Of a DNA stretch of 47,187 nt, positions 1 through 7,733 are shown piece by piece. The DNA comes from a virus. Location of the stretch: IMG/VR virus record IMGVR_UViG_3300027716_000003; one strand, given 5' to 3'. The stretch's first letter is position 1. Every line of letters starts with the position of its first letter. Under the pieces are notes generated by a model. That model did not search any database and was not told the origin of the DNA. It saw only the letters and a program-made list of their open reading frames with translations. Both the position numbers and the translations under genes were made by a program.

Positions 1-99
1 GGGTGGCTCTCGGTCACGAAGGGGTAGGCGTGGTTTCGAAGGCGCCCCTCCTCGATGTCGACGCGCGAGACCTGGCGCGCCTCTCGCGCTCGGAGCGCG
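1..99. repeat. Terminal direct repeat, copy 1 (identical to 47089..47187); most likely an assembly overlap of a circular molecule
   Basis: Base-by-base comparison of both ends: 99/99 identical. Confidence 0.95.
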
Positions 100-335
100 A
101 CGACCGCCTGCTCCTCGAAGGTGACGAGCGACGCCTCGCCCGGCGCGGGCAAGTCGGCGGCCGTGAGCTTTCCGATCTTCACGCGAGCCACGTCGAGCTC
201 GGCCGTGTCGAACTGCACCCGGCGCCGCACCGCGACGCCGTCGATATCGAGCGTCACGCGCGCCCCCGTCTTGCCCGACGCGAGACGGACGGGCCTCGGC
301 TTGCGGGGGCGACCGGGCCTCTTCTTCTCGGTCAT
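1..335 (-). CDS. int: Tyrosine integrase, N-terminal part (continues from 47088 across the circular junction; full gene 1746 nt / 581 aa)
   Basis: Minus-strand ATG at 335 gives MTEKKRPGRPRKPRPVRLASGK...RNHAYPFVTESHP, which runs without a stop into the 45678..47105 ORF. Nt 1-99 duplicate 47089-47187. Confidence 0.85.
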   Translation of the reverse strand, partial: MTEKKRPGRPRKPRPVRLASGKTGARVTLDIDGVAVRRRVQFDTAELDVARVKIGKLTAADLPAPGEASLVTFEEQAVVALRAREARQVSRVDIEEGRLRNHAYPFVTESH

Positions 336-610
336 GGCTTCACCTTCTTCGCTGCCTCGCGCCACGCGAGCGCCGCTTCGCCGGCGAGCTCTGCCAGCTG
401 CTCGACGGTGAGCTGCGCCGCGAGGCCCGTGACGAGGTCCGTGACGCTGCCGCGCCAGACCGTGACGGGCTCCTTTCCCTGCCGCTCGACGATGAACAGG
501 CCTTGGCGAGCGAGCACCGAGCAGAGGGTCGCGACCGGCACGAGCGCGAGCTTCTCCTCGAGCTCGTCGAGCGGCACGATGACCGGGTCGGAAAACACGC
601 GCGTGCTCAC
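332..610 (-). CDS. Small protein immediately upstream of and overlapping int (position analogous to an excision/directionality factor); function unproven
   Basis: GTG at 610 overlaps the upstream stop (GTGA), and its own stop overlaps the int ATG (ATGA). An alternative ATG lies at 643. Confidence 0.55.
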   Translation of the reverse strand: MSTRVFSDPVIVPLDELEEKLALVPVATLCSVLARQGLFIVERQGKEPVTVWRGSVTDLVTGLAAQLTVEQLAELAGEAALAWREAAKKVKP

Positions 611-951
611 GCCGCACCGTCCTTTCGCAGCCACGACAGGCACGCCTCGAGCTCGAAGCGCGGGCTCTCGCCGAGCCTGAGGTGCGGCATGCCCTGCCGC
701 CGCATCTTATCGACCATGCTCGAGCTGCAGCCGAGGCAGAGCGCCAGGGCCTCCCGATCGAGCAGCACCGGCTGAGCCCGCCGCTCGCCGAGCGCGCTCT
801 CGACCGCCTGCCGCACGAGCCCCGCGAGCTCGCCCCGCGTCACCGTGAACGCCGGGGCCGTGTCGTTGTCCGCCGCACCCCCGCCCACACCCCCCGAAGT
901 CTCGCCCAAGCGCAAGAACTTCGGGCGCTTCTGCCCTCTGCCTTCTTCCAC
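607..951 (-). CDS. MerR/excisionase-type HTH DNA-binding protein (Xis-like)
   Basis: C-terminal LLDREALALCLGCSSSMVDKMRRQGMPHLRLGESPRFELEACLSWL resembles Xis/AlpA-type HTH. Start chosen at GTG 951, preceded by GGAGG; GTG 843 is an alternative. Confidence 0.6.
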   Translation of the reverse strand: MEEGRGQKRPKFLRLGETSGGVGGGAADNDTAPAFTVTRGELAGLVRQAVESALGERRAQPVLLDREALALCLGCSSSMVDKMRRQGMPHLRLGESPRFELEACLSWLRKDGAA

Positions 952-1008
952 GGCCACCTCCGTCAGGGCGTCTCCACCCTGGATTACCTCGGGCGCGTCC
1001 CTGCTCCC

Positions 1009-1047
1009 GGTGTCGACGCGGTGTCGACATGCGTCTACGTGTAGACG
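1009..1047. promoter_or_regulatory. Operator-like module cluster: GGTGTCGACGCG, GTGTCGAC and palindrome GCGTCTAC-GT-GTAGACG
   Basis: Direct repeat GTGTCGAC (1011-1018, 1021-1028) and perfect inverted repeat GTCTAC/GTAGAC (1033-1046). The same modules recur at 44809-44837. Confidence 0.5.
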
Positions 1048-1120
1048 AAGCGTGACGGAAGTGTATAGAGTCCCCGAGGGGGGCTGCCTCACTTTGGTAC
1101 GCGGGTGGAGTCGGGACAGA

Positions 1121-1140
1121 GGGGATGGACGGGGATGGAC
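1121..1140. repeat. Tandem 10-nt repeat GGGGATGGAC x2 in the divergent control region
   Basis: Read directly. Related GGGAC-containing words lie at 1113-1117 and 1153-1158. Confidence 0.6.
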
Positions 1141-1164
1141 GGCAGAGGTGGGTGGGACGGCGCG

Positions 1165-1193
1165 TTGCATGACTGGAATGAGTACCATAGGGT
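1165..1193 (+). promoter_or_regulatory. Candidate sigma70-like promoter TTGCAT-N17-TAGGGT for the + strand early operon
   Basis: Hexamers read by eye about 30 nt upstream of ATG 1226. No experimental or statistical support. Confidence 0.2.
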
Positions 1194-1225
1194 AGGAGCT
1201 TGTCCATAATCCCCGGGAACCGACC

Positions 1226-1465
1226 ATGACCCCCAATACCGAACTGACCACCGCGCAGAAACAAGCACTCGTCGCCTACCGCCGCCATTGCGACGAACAC
1301 GACGGCGAGCCCCCGACCGTGCGCTGGCTCGCCGACGCCCTCGGCAAGAGCCCCAACGCCGCCCACCAGCTCATTCAACGCTTGCGAGAGAAAGGTTACC
1401 TGTCGATGAAACCCGTCACCATCATCCGCTCCAAACTCACCGCCAAGGGCAGGGCCGCACGATGA
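1226..1465 (+). CDS. LexA N-terminal-domain-like winged-helix DNA-binding protein (79 aa, no S24 peptidase domain)
   Basis: LTTAQKQALVAY...GEPPTVRWLADALGKSPNAAHQLIQRLREKGYL parallels E. coli LexA (LTARQQEV...[34 protein letters not shown]). Confidence 0.7.
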   Translation: MTPNTELTTAQKQALVAYRRHCDEHDGEPPTVRWLADALGKSPNAAHQLIQRLREKGYLSMKPVTIIRSKLTAKGRAAR

Positions 1466-1674
1466 GCAGCGAAGAGGCGAAGGGCGAGCTGAACTTCCAG
1501 TCGACGCGCAAACGCATGCGCGCCGTCGCCGACATGCTCGACATCCTCGCCCGCTTCGAGAGCGCGAGCGACCGCGAGGCGCTGCTCGTCGCCGTCGTGA
1601 GCACGACGAGCGAACGAGCCGGCGATCTCATGGACGAGCACCTGCGCAAGCACTTCGAGAGGCGCGGGCGATGA
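1462..1674 (+). CDS. Hypothetical protein (70 aa)
   Basis: ATGA overlap with the upstream stop and ATGA overlap with the downstream start. Confidence 0.6.
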   Translation: MSSEEAKGELNFQSTRKRMRAVADMLDILARFESASDREALLVAVVSTTSERAGDLMDEHLRKHFERRGR

Positions 1675-1889
1675 ACCACTCCGCTCGCGTCAAAGGCTTC
1701 ATTCACTGCCGCACCTGCACCCTCGGTGGGCAAACGCAGCGCCTCGAAGTCGGCGTCACCGATGAGAGCCTCATCGTGCTCTGCAGAAAGCACGGGCTCG
1801 TCGGCGAGTGGTCCCCCCACGATCTCGCTCTGCTGCTCGCTCACCCGCCCGAATGCGAGTGCTGCCGCCACGGGGGGCCGCCGTCGTGA
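1671..1889 (+). CDS. Small Cys-rich (zinc-binding-like) protein
   Basis: CRTC ... CECC motifs; translationally coupled on both sides. Confidence 0.6.
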   Translation: MNHSARVKGFIHCRTCTLGGQTQRLEVGVTDESLIVLCRKHGLVGEWSPHDLALLLAHPPECECCRHGGPPS

Positions 1890-2155
1890 GCCGCAAGTAC
1901 CTCGAGCCGGGCTGGAAGCGCTTCGAGCAGCAATGCCTTCACCCCGATGCGGGCGACGTGCAGCGCCGCTCGATGCGCCAGGCGTTCTACGCCGGCGCCC
2001 TCGTCGTCTTCTCAACCCTCGAATCCCAGGTGAGCCAGGGCGACGAGATCACCGACGCCGACATGGATCTGATGTCGACCATCGACGCCGAGCTCCGAGC
2101 GTTCGGGGCCGAGCTCAAACGCCTCGCCGAGGCCTCGCGAAAGCGGTCGTCATGA
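1886..2155 (+). CDS. Hypothetical protein (89 aa)
   Basis: GTGA overlap start at 1886 and ATGA overlap at the end. Confidence 0.55.
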   Translation: MSRKYLEPGWKRFEQQCLHPDAGDVQRRSMRQAFYAGALVVFSTLESQVSQGDEITDADMDLMSTIDAELRAFGAELKRLAEASRKRSS

Positions 2156-2577
2156 AGCCGCTCGTCGCGCGTCCGGTGACCGACGACGCCTTCTTCACCG
2201 CCTTGTCGAAGCGGCTCGAAGCCGCCGACGTCGCCGACTGCTCCGAGTGGTCGCAGGGGCTACGGTTCACCGTGTGGCACGGCGGCTGCGCGTTCATCGC
2301 CATCATCGAGGTCGAGCCCCATCTCTACCCCGACGGCTCGGTGAAACCCTGGCGTCATCTGTCGGTGAGCTGCGCTCACCCGCCCAGGGTGCCGAGCTGG
2401 GCGGAGCTCGCGCACATGAAAGAGCTCTTCCTCGGCGACGAGAAAGCTCTGCTCGTGCTGCCGCCGCGCGCCGAGTACGTGAACGACCATCCCCACGTGC
2501 TGCATCTCTTCTCCGGGCCCGATGAATTGCCGGACTTCCGGAGCGAGTACGCGGTGAACGGGAGGCCGAGTATATAA
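2152..2577 (+). CDS. Conserved phage protein of unknown function (141 aa)
   Basis: ATGA-coupled start. The motif WRHLSVS...PSWAEL..MKELF resembles a recurrent phage family; the family name is not verified. Confidence 0.6.
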   Translation: MKPLVARPVTDDAFFTALSKRLEAADVADCSEWSQGLRFTVWHGGCAFIAIIEVEPHLYPDGSVKPWRHLSVSCAHPPRVPSWAELAHMKELFLGDEKALLVLPPRAEYVNDHPHVLHLFSGPDELPDFRSEYAVNGRPSI

Positions 2578-2583
2578 TGCCGC

Positions 2584-2943
2584 GTGGACTTCCTCGTCGC
2601 GTTTTTGCCCTTCCTCGCGCTCGCGGTCCTGCTCGCCGCGCTCGTCGTCTCCGTCAACGTGCTCGGGCGACGCCTCGAAAAGCACGCCGACTGGCTCCGC
2701 TTGCTCGACGTGCGCGTGCATAACCTCGACAAGGACCGCAAAGCCACCTGGGCGCGTCATCTCGAGCGCCCCTTCGCCCTCGAGATGACCGAGCGGCAGC
2801 TCGTGCCCCCACCCTTGCCGCCGCGCGCGCCAACACTCGGCGCCATCGACTGGGAAGAAGAACTCGTCGACACCGAAGAGCTGCAGAAGAAAGAGACCGG
2901 GCGCTACCCGCTCGGCAAACCCCCGGAAGGATCCGAACAATGA
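2584..2943 (+). CDS. Membrane protein (N-terminal TM helix)
   Basis: VDFLVAFLPFLALAVLLAALVVSVNVL hydrophobic N-terminus. GTG start with a weak RBS. Confidence 0.55.
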   Translation: MDFLVAFLPFLALAVLLAALVVSVNVLGRRLEKHADWLRLLDVRVHNLDKDRKATWARHLERPFALEMTERQLVPPPLPPRAPTLGAIDWEEELVDTEELQKKETGRYPLGKPPEGSEQ

Positions 2944-3452
2944 CACCGCAACCTGAACTCTTGCCCGAGGGAGCCCAGCTCCTCGAATGGAAGCTCACCC
3001 CCGACGTCTACACGCAGCACGGCGACGGCTGGCGCGAGTGGGGCCCGGGAGAGTGGGACAGTGAGCCCGATCGCGTCGAATGGCGCGTCGCAGGCTCGCC
3101 TCATCCTCGCCTGGCCATCCGCAACCGCTTCGGCGCGTGGTGCGGCTATGTCGGCGTGCCCGAGGGACACCCGCTCTTCGGCAAGAGCTGGGATGACGAG
3201 GCATTCCACGCGCTCGACGTGCACGGCGGGCTCACCTACGGCGAGATGTGCGCGGGCCTCATCTGTCACGTGCCCCAGCCCGGCGAGCCCGATCACGTCT
3301 GGTGGCTCGGCTTCGACTGCGCCCACTCGGGCGACCAGGCGCCTGGGCTGCGCAAGGGCACAATATTCGAGTGGGAGAGCTACAAGCCAGTCGGCTACGT
3401 CATCGCCGAGACGGAGAAGCTCGCGCGACAAGTCGAGGAGGCGGCGCAATGA
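2940..3452 (+). CDS. Conserved phage protein of unknown function (170 aa)
   Basis: ATGA-coupled. Motifs GAWCGYVGVPEGHP, HGGLTY and WWLGFDCAHSGD look like a widespread phage family; the family was not identified. Confidence 0.65.
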   Translation: MTPQPELLPEGAQLLEWKLTPDVYTQHGDGWREWGPGEWDSEPDRVEWRVAGSPHPRLAIRNRFGAWCGYVGVPEGHPLFGKSWDDEAFHALDVHGGLTYGEMCAGLICHVPQPGEPDHVWWLGFDCAHSGDQAPGLRKGTIFEWESYKPVGYVIAETEKLARQVEEAAQ

Positions 3453-3802
3453 CGACCGATGATGAACTGCCCGATCCGCCCCACGTGATCGAAACGCAAG
3501 AGCTCGCGCAAAGGGTCGTGACCGGAATCGTCGATTACCTCGCCCAGCTCGGCTGGGATTACGCCGTCGTGTCCATCGCGCGGCGCATCGATCTCGAGCC
3601 GGGCCATGCGATGGCGCCAGGCGCCACCGGTATGCACGTCGATAAGCGCCGCATGGCCCCCGCGCTCGAAAACGAAGCCGCCGCGCTCCACACCATCGCT
3701 CGCCAGCTCGAAGAGATGCATCAGGGCGCAGGCGCAACCATCTCGAGCTACGTGCAGGACAAGAGCAATTACGCGAGCGGGCGGCGGGAGTGGCCCCGGT
3801 GA
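3449..3802 (+). CDS. Hypothetical protein (117 aa)
   Basis: ATGA-coupled start at 3449. Confidence 0.6.
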   Translation: MTTDDELPDPPHVIETQELAQRVVTGIVDYLAQLGWDYAVVSIARRIDLEPGHAMAPGATGMHVDKRRMAPALENEAAALHTIARQLEEMHQGAGATISSYVQDKSNYASGRREWPR

Positions 3803-4050
3803 TCGCGAGCGTCGAGCGCGTGGTCTTGCGCGCCGCCGTCGGCCACGACAACTACGCCGACGTCGAGAAGCTCGCGGCTCTGCTCGATAGCCTCGAAGCG
3901 CGCGGCGCCATCAGCGCGGAGGGCCTCTCGGTCATCATCGCCGCCATCGCCGACGAGATCGTGACGCAGCGGGTGGCGGTCGAGTTCGGTAGTTTCTTGT
4001 CATGCGACCCGGCCGAGCGCGATACTCCCGTGCCGGAGGACCCCGCATGA
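3799..4050 (+). CDS. Hypothetical protein (83 aa)
   Basis: GTGA overlap start at 3799. The ORF track allows 3790. Confidence 0.55.
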   Translation: MIASVERVVLRAAVGHDNYADVEKLAALLDSLEARGAISAEGLSVIIAAIADEIVTQRVAVEFGSFLSCDPAERDTPVPEDPA

Positions 4051-4172
4051 ATACTCTCTGGCTGCGACTCATCTACACCGTGCACATGACCCTTCCCTTG
4101 CCGCTCGCCGCTGCGCATATCGCGCGGCTCGACGCGGCCACCGCCGAGCGCCTCCGGGTGCTCTTCTCCTAA
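4047..4172 (+). CDS. Possible 41-aa ORF (below ORF-track cutoff)
   Basis: ATGA overlap with the stop of 3799..4050. Translated by hand as MNTLWLRLIYTVHMTLPLPLAAAHIARLDAATAERLRVLFS. Confidence 0.3.
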   Translation: MNTLWLRLIYTVHMTLPLPLAAAHIARLDAATAERLRVLFS

Positions 4173-4218
4173 CCCACTGCCTCACCCCCCCCAACCCAGA
4201 ACCCCGAACACATGAACC

Positions 4219-4800
4219 ATGACCCGTCCACTCACCGCCCCTCTCGCGCAAGTCGCTCTGCATCGCTCGAACGTGGTCGACATGCCGCCGTCGACCTATC
4301 GCCCGAGCCCACCGAGCACGCGCCCGAGGAACATGCCCCCGAATGCCCTCGAACCCGATCGCTCGCTCGTCGTGGGCTACAGCCCGCCCGCGCGAGAGCC
4401 CACGCTCCGCAGCGCCCCCGAGCCGCCCAAGAACCCCGCGCCGAAGGTGAGTGACGTGGCTGCGAAGAAGACGCGCAAGCGCGCGAAGGTCACCGCCGAA
4501 ACGCGCTCTGTCGCCGTCGCACGCGTCGAAAAGCTCACCGCGGCAGGTAACCCGAGCGCGGAGGCGGTCGCCTCCGTTGCAAAGGAGTTCGGCGTGACCG
4601 AGGCGGCCGTCTACCAATGGCGCAAGGCGGCGCGGGATGCAGCGCCAGCGAGCGCGAACGGCCCGGCGAAAGCAGCGCCCGCGTTCGACGGGCTCGATCT
4701 CATTCTCGACATCATCGAGCTGTGCGAACGGGCCAAGAAGGGGCTCAGCAAGTCGCAGCGCGCGCGGCTCAAAGCCGCGATCGACGAGAGGCTCTCGTGA
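4219..4800 (+). CDS. HTH DNA-binding protein with Pro-rich N-terminus
   Basis: VAKEFGVTEAAVYQWRK is a classic HTH (transposase/small-terminase-like). Confidence 0.6.
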   Translation: MTRPLTAPLAQVALHRSNVVDMPPSTYRPSPPSTRPRNMPPNALEPDRSLVVGYSPPAREPTLRSAPEPPKNPAPKVSDVAAKKTRKRAKVTAETRSVAVARVEKLTAAGNPSAEAVASVAKEFGVTEAAVYQWRKAARDAAPASANGPAKAAPAFDGLDLILDIIELCERAKKGLSKSQRARLKAAIDERLS

Positions 4801-5246
4801 ACCGCAAGGAGCGGCGCGCGGCCGCCTCCCGCGGCGACGACACGATGGGCAAGAGCTACACGGTCTTGCCGGGGGTGCCCGCGAGTGTGCGCAACAGCCC
4901 GGCCTACAAGGCAGGGCAGGCAGCGGCGGCGAGCGGGCAGGGCTTCCCGCCCGAATACTTCGCCGAGATAGAGGGCGCGGCGCGCTGGGCGCGGCGATGG
5001 CTCGACGAGCACCGCGGCGCGGTGCTGCGCTGGCTCGAGTGGGATGGAGACAGGACGTTCATCGCGGCAGGGCTCGACACGGGCGCGCCCTATCTCGCCG
5101 ACAGTCCCGACGCTTTCCGTCTGCTCGCGTGGCTCGACGAGATGACCGGGCGTCGGCTCTCGCTCAATCAGGCGGGCTGGGCACTGCGCAAGCTCGGGCT
5201 GATACCAATGCCCGATGGCAGCACGTGGAAAGGAGAGCCGTCGTGA
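4797..5246 (+). CDS. Hypothetical protein
   Basis: GTGA-coupled start at 4797; an alternative ATG lies at about 4845. Confidence 0.55.
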   Translation: MNRKERRAAASRGDDTMGKSYTVLPGVPASVRNSPAYKAGQAAAASGQGFPPEYFAEIEGAARWARRWLDEHRGAVLRWLEWDGDRTFIAAGLDTGAPYLADSPDAFRLLAWLDEMTGRRLSLNQAGWALRKLGLIPMPDGSTWKGEPS

Positions 5247-5590
5247 TGCGCGAGGTCTCGTCCGACGAGATGACGACGGCGGCGGCTCTCGGCATCCTCG
5301 ATCGCGCCGTGGATCCGATCGGGCACTGGTGGCTCTATAAGCGCGTACTCGGCGACGGTCGCGTGCTCTATCTGCAAGCGATGCTGGGCAACAACCTACG
5401 CATCAGCCTGAGCAGGCACGAGCACGACATGGGCTTTCACTCAAACTACTGCTTCCACGACGTGAGAGAAGCGTGGCGCTCCGCGCTCGGCTGGGATGGC
5501 GAGGGCGATCCGGAGGGCTGGGTACGGCATATCGAGACCGGGCGGCGTCGTCCCGATGGCGACGCGGAACGGGAGTACGTGAGGCCATGA
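5246..5590 (+). CDS. Hypothetical protein (114 aa)
   Basis: GTG 5243 or ATG 5246 overlaps the upstream TGA. Contains the motif GWVRHIETGRRRPDGD. Confidence 0.55.
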   Translation: MREVSSDEMTTAAALGILDRAVDPIGHWWLYKRVLGDGRVLYLQAMLGNNLRISLSRHEHDMGFHSNYCFHDVREAWRSALGWDGEGDPEGWVRHIETGRRRPDGDAEREYVRP

Positions 5591-5796
5591 CCTGGGTGAG
5601 CGCGCCGCTGTGCATCGTGTGCTTCCGCAAGCTCAAAGGGCCCGCGGCAGAAGCCGTGACCGTGCAACATCTCGCGCCGGGCGAGCGCTGGCAGCCGTGC
5701 GCGCTCTGCGAGGGACCATGCGACGCCGTTCCTGGTATCTACTGGCGCCTGTATCTCGAAAAGCCGCCTGTTATTCCACCACCCCAGGCGGCCTGA
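5587..5796 (+). CDS. Small Cys-rich zinc-ribbon-like protein
   Basis: ATGA-coupled; CIVC ... CALCEGPC. Confidence 0.55.
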   Translation: MTWVSAPLCIVCFRKLKGPAAEAVTVQHLAPGERWQPCALCEGPCDAVPGIYWRLYLEKPPVIPPPQAA

Positions 5797-5803
5797 AAGG
5801 ACG

Positions 5804-6226
5804 ATGATGAACGGCCTCAATCGCGTGATGCTACTCGGTAACCTCGGCGCCGACCCTGAGCTGCGCATGACGGCAGGCGGGCAAGCCGTGCTCAAGCTGC
5901 GCCTGGCGACCACCGAGAGTTATCTCGACCGTGACAAGGCGCGGCAAGAGCGCACCGAGTGGCATAACGTGGTCGTTTGGGGCAAGCGCGCCGAAGGGCT
6001 CGGCAAGATCCTCGGCAAGGGCGATCGCGTCTGCATCGAGGGGGGGCTCCGCACGAGCAGCTACGAGAAGGACGGCGAGAAGCGCTACAAGACGGAGGTC
6101 GTCGCGACGAATGTCGTTCTTTCGGGTGGCGGCAAGAACGCGTCGCGACCCGCCAAACAGGACGACGCCGAGCCCCCCATGGGGCCCGGCGCCGGTGACT
6201 TCGATGACGATGACATTCCGTTCTAA
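5804..6226 (+). CDS. ssb: Single-stranded DNA-binding protein
   Basis: OB-fold signature NRVMLLGNLGADPELR...TEWHNVVVWGKRAE and acidic tail DFDDDDIPF. Confidence 0.95.
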   Translation: MMNGLNRVMLLGNLGADPELRMTAGGQAVLKLRLATTESYLDRDKARQERTEWHNVVVWGKRAEGLGKILGKGDRVCIEGGLRTSSYEKDGEKRYKTEVVATNVVLSGGGKNASRPAKQDDAEPPMGPGAGDFDDDDIPF

Positions 6227-6444
6227 GTGACGCTCCAAAGGCCGCTCCGGACGGTCTTCGGGACGTCGCGCACGAGACCCTTGCGCTCGAGCGCCAGCAA
6301 GTGGCGGTGGGCGACCTGGCGAGCAATCCCGAGCCGCTCTGCGACGGCGTAACTCGACGGTTGCTCGCCAGCGGCCACCAGGGCGGCCACGGCTTCGAGC
6401 GTCGCCTGCTCGGCGGGCGTCGCCCCCACGGCGGCGCGTCTCAC
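6223..6444 (-). CDS. Winged-helix (MarR/LexA-like) DNA-binding protein (73 aa)
   Basis: SYAVAERLGIARQVAHRHLLALERKGLVRDVP. GTGA-coupled start at 6444. The stop overlaps the ssb stop by 4 nt (convergent). Confidence 0.55.
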   Translation of the reverse strand: MRRAAVGATPAEQATLEAVAALVAAGEQPSSYAVAERLGIARQVAHRHLLALERKGLVRDVPKTVRSGLWSVT

Positions 6445-6713
6445 CGCGCCACCAGCCCGAGCACGAGCAGGACCACGAACGCGAGCGGGGCGAGGAAGAC
6501 CAGGAGCCACACGAGCAGCCAGCACAGGCCCGCCAGGCCCGCCACGGCCTGGAAGGGTAGCAGGAGCCACTCCGCGTCACCGGACGCGTCCAGGGGGCGC
6601 GTAGGGGCCACGGGGGGCAACGGCCGCCGGTAGCCCTCCCACACGTTGCGCAGGAAGAGCACGACCGGCACGCCGCCGACCAAGGCGATCCCAAAGGCCT
6701 GGGAGAGGGTCAC
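6441..6713 (-). CDS. Membrane protein (about 3 TM segments)
   Basis: Hydrophobic runs GIALVGGVPVVLFL and LAGLCWLLVWLLVFLAPLAFVVLLVLGLV. GTGA-coupled start at 6713; an ATG at 6725 is possible. Confidence 0.6.
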   Translation of the reverse strand: MTLSQAFGIALVGGVPVVLFLRNVWEGYRRPLPPVAPTRPLDASGDAEWLLLPFQAVAGLAGLCWLLVWLLVFLAPLAFVVLLVLGLVAR

Positions 6714-7159
6714 GCGATCCCCCACGGGGCGTCATCGTAGCCCGGCAGGCGGCGCACGGCGTGCGCCTCGATGGCGTCTACGAGCTTGCGGGCGGCGCTG
6801 TCCTGCCATCCCGGGTGTTCGCACGCCTGATAGGCGTAGCAGTGGCAAGCCTTGATGATGGCGAGGCGGGGCGTCATGCGCGCATCGGCCTCGATGGTGC
6901 GCGGGACATCGAAGCCGTCGTAGGCGGCCGCGTCGAGGTGATGGTCGCGCGGGTAGCGGTGGGCGAGGCTCTTCAGATTCTCGCTCGCGAGCATCGAGGC
7001 AACCCGCGAGATGGTGCGCCGGGTGGCGCCGGGCTTGTGTTCAAAGCCATCCCGCTCGAGCTCAGTGCGCAGCTCATACGGCACGGCCTCGAGCAGGTGG
7101 GCCACGGCGTACGCGGCGAGGATGCCGAGGTGACGATCGGAGCACATGAAAGCGGACAT
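6710..7159 (-). CDS. Conserved phage/plasmid protein of unknown function (149 aa)
   Basis: Good RBS (AAGGA) before ATG 7159. Contains the motif CHCYAYQACEHPGW...LPGYDDAPW. Confidence 0.7.
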   Translation of the reverse strand: MSAFMCSDRHLGILAAYAVAHLLEAVPYELRTELERDGFEHKPGATRRTISRVASMLASENLKSLAHRYPRDHHLDAAAYDGFDVPRTIEADARMTPRLAIIKACHCYAYQACEHPGWQDSAARKLVDAIEAHAVRRLPGYDDAPWGIA

Positions 7160-7231
7160 GTTCGGTTTCCTTGGTTTGGGTTGGCCGTCATCTCCGCGCC
7201 TTACCCTTGCGGGTGAGACGCGGAGTGATGG

Positions 7232-7507
7232 TCAAGGCTTGGGTTCGAGCGCATCGAGGCGTTGCTCGACGGCCCGCACGCGCCGCTCGAGTGACTGGCG
7301 GGCGTTGCGATCCTTGATTGCCTCGCGGCTCGTCTTGGCAATGTGAGCCTTGATGTCTCGGACATCGACCTCGATTAAGTCGAGCTTGTCGAGCGCTAGC
7401 GCGACATCCGTTTGAAGCTCGCGGATGTCGGACTGTATCGGCTCTAACGCGAGCGATAGCGCTTCGACAATGAAGCCGCGTAGTGCCTGCAATTCGGCCT
7501 CTGTCAC
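7232..7507 (-). CDS. Coiled-coil protein (91 aa)
   Basis: GTGA-coupled start at 7507; heptad-like sequence LQTDVALALDKLDLIEVDVRDIKAHI. Confidence 0.5.
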   Translation of the reverse strand: MTEAELQALRGFIVEALSLALEPIQSDIRELQTDVALALDKLDLIEVDVRDIKAHIAKTSREAIKDRNARQSLERRVRAVEQRLDALEPKP

Positions 7508-7659
7508 TTGCTCACCTTGCTTTCCCGGACGGCCTTCTCTGCCGCCGTGTAGGCCGCTTGCGTGTGCGTGCCGAGAGCCTTGAATGCAGCTTCGATGCGC
7601 GGCCACCCGAGCAATTGCACGAGTAGGACGGCGAGGATTCCAGCGATGAAACGGGTCAT
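7504..7659 (-). CDS. 51-aa single-TM peptide
   Basis: ATG 7659 preceded by GAGG. MTRFIAGILAVLLVQLLGW is a TM helix. Confidence 0.5.
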   Translation of the reverse strand: MTRFIAGILAVLLVQLLGWPRIEAAFKALGTHTQAAYTAAEKAVRESKVSK

Positions 7660-7733
7660 TGTAACCTCTAGGGTGAGTCGAGCTTGATTGCTCGCATCGC
7701 CCCGTTGCGCTTGCGACGGGGCGAGACGAGAGG

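Noticed and set aside
3-680. 225-aa plus-strand ORF at the left end, and the overlapping ORFs 55..411, 503..775, 682..1044 and 707..1378.
   Set aside because: Composition is Arg/Ala/Ser-biased. The opposite strand encodes the int N-terminus and two coupled Xis-type genes with recognisable HTH and in-frame continuity across the junction.
2577-2745. ATG at 2577 overlapping the upstream TAA (TAATG) as the start of the next gene.
   Set aside because: That frame gives an Arg-rich nonsense peptide ending after about 55 codons. The GTG 2584 frame gives a clean transmembrane helix and continues to the coupled stop at 2943.
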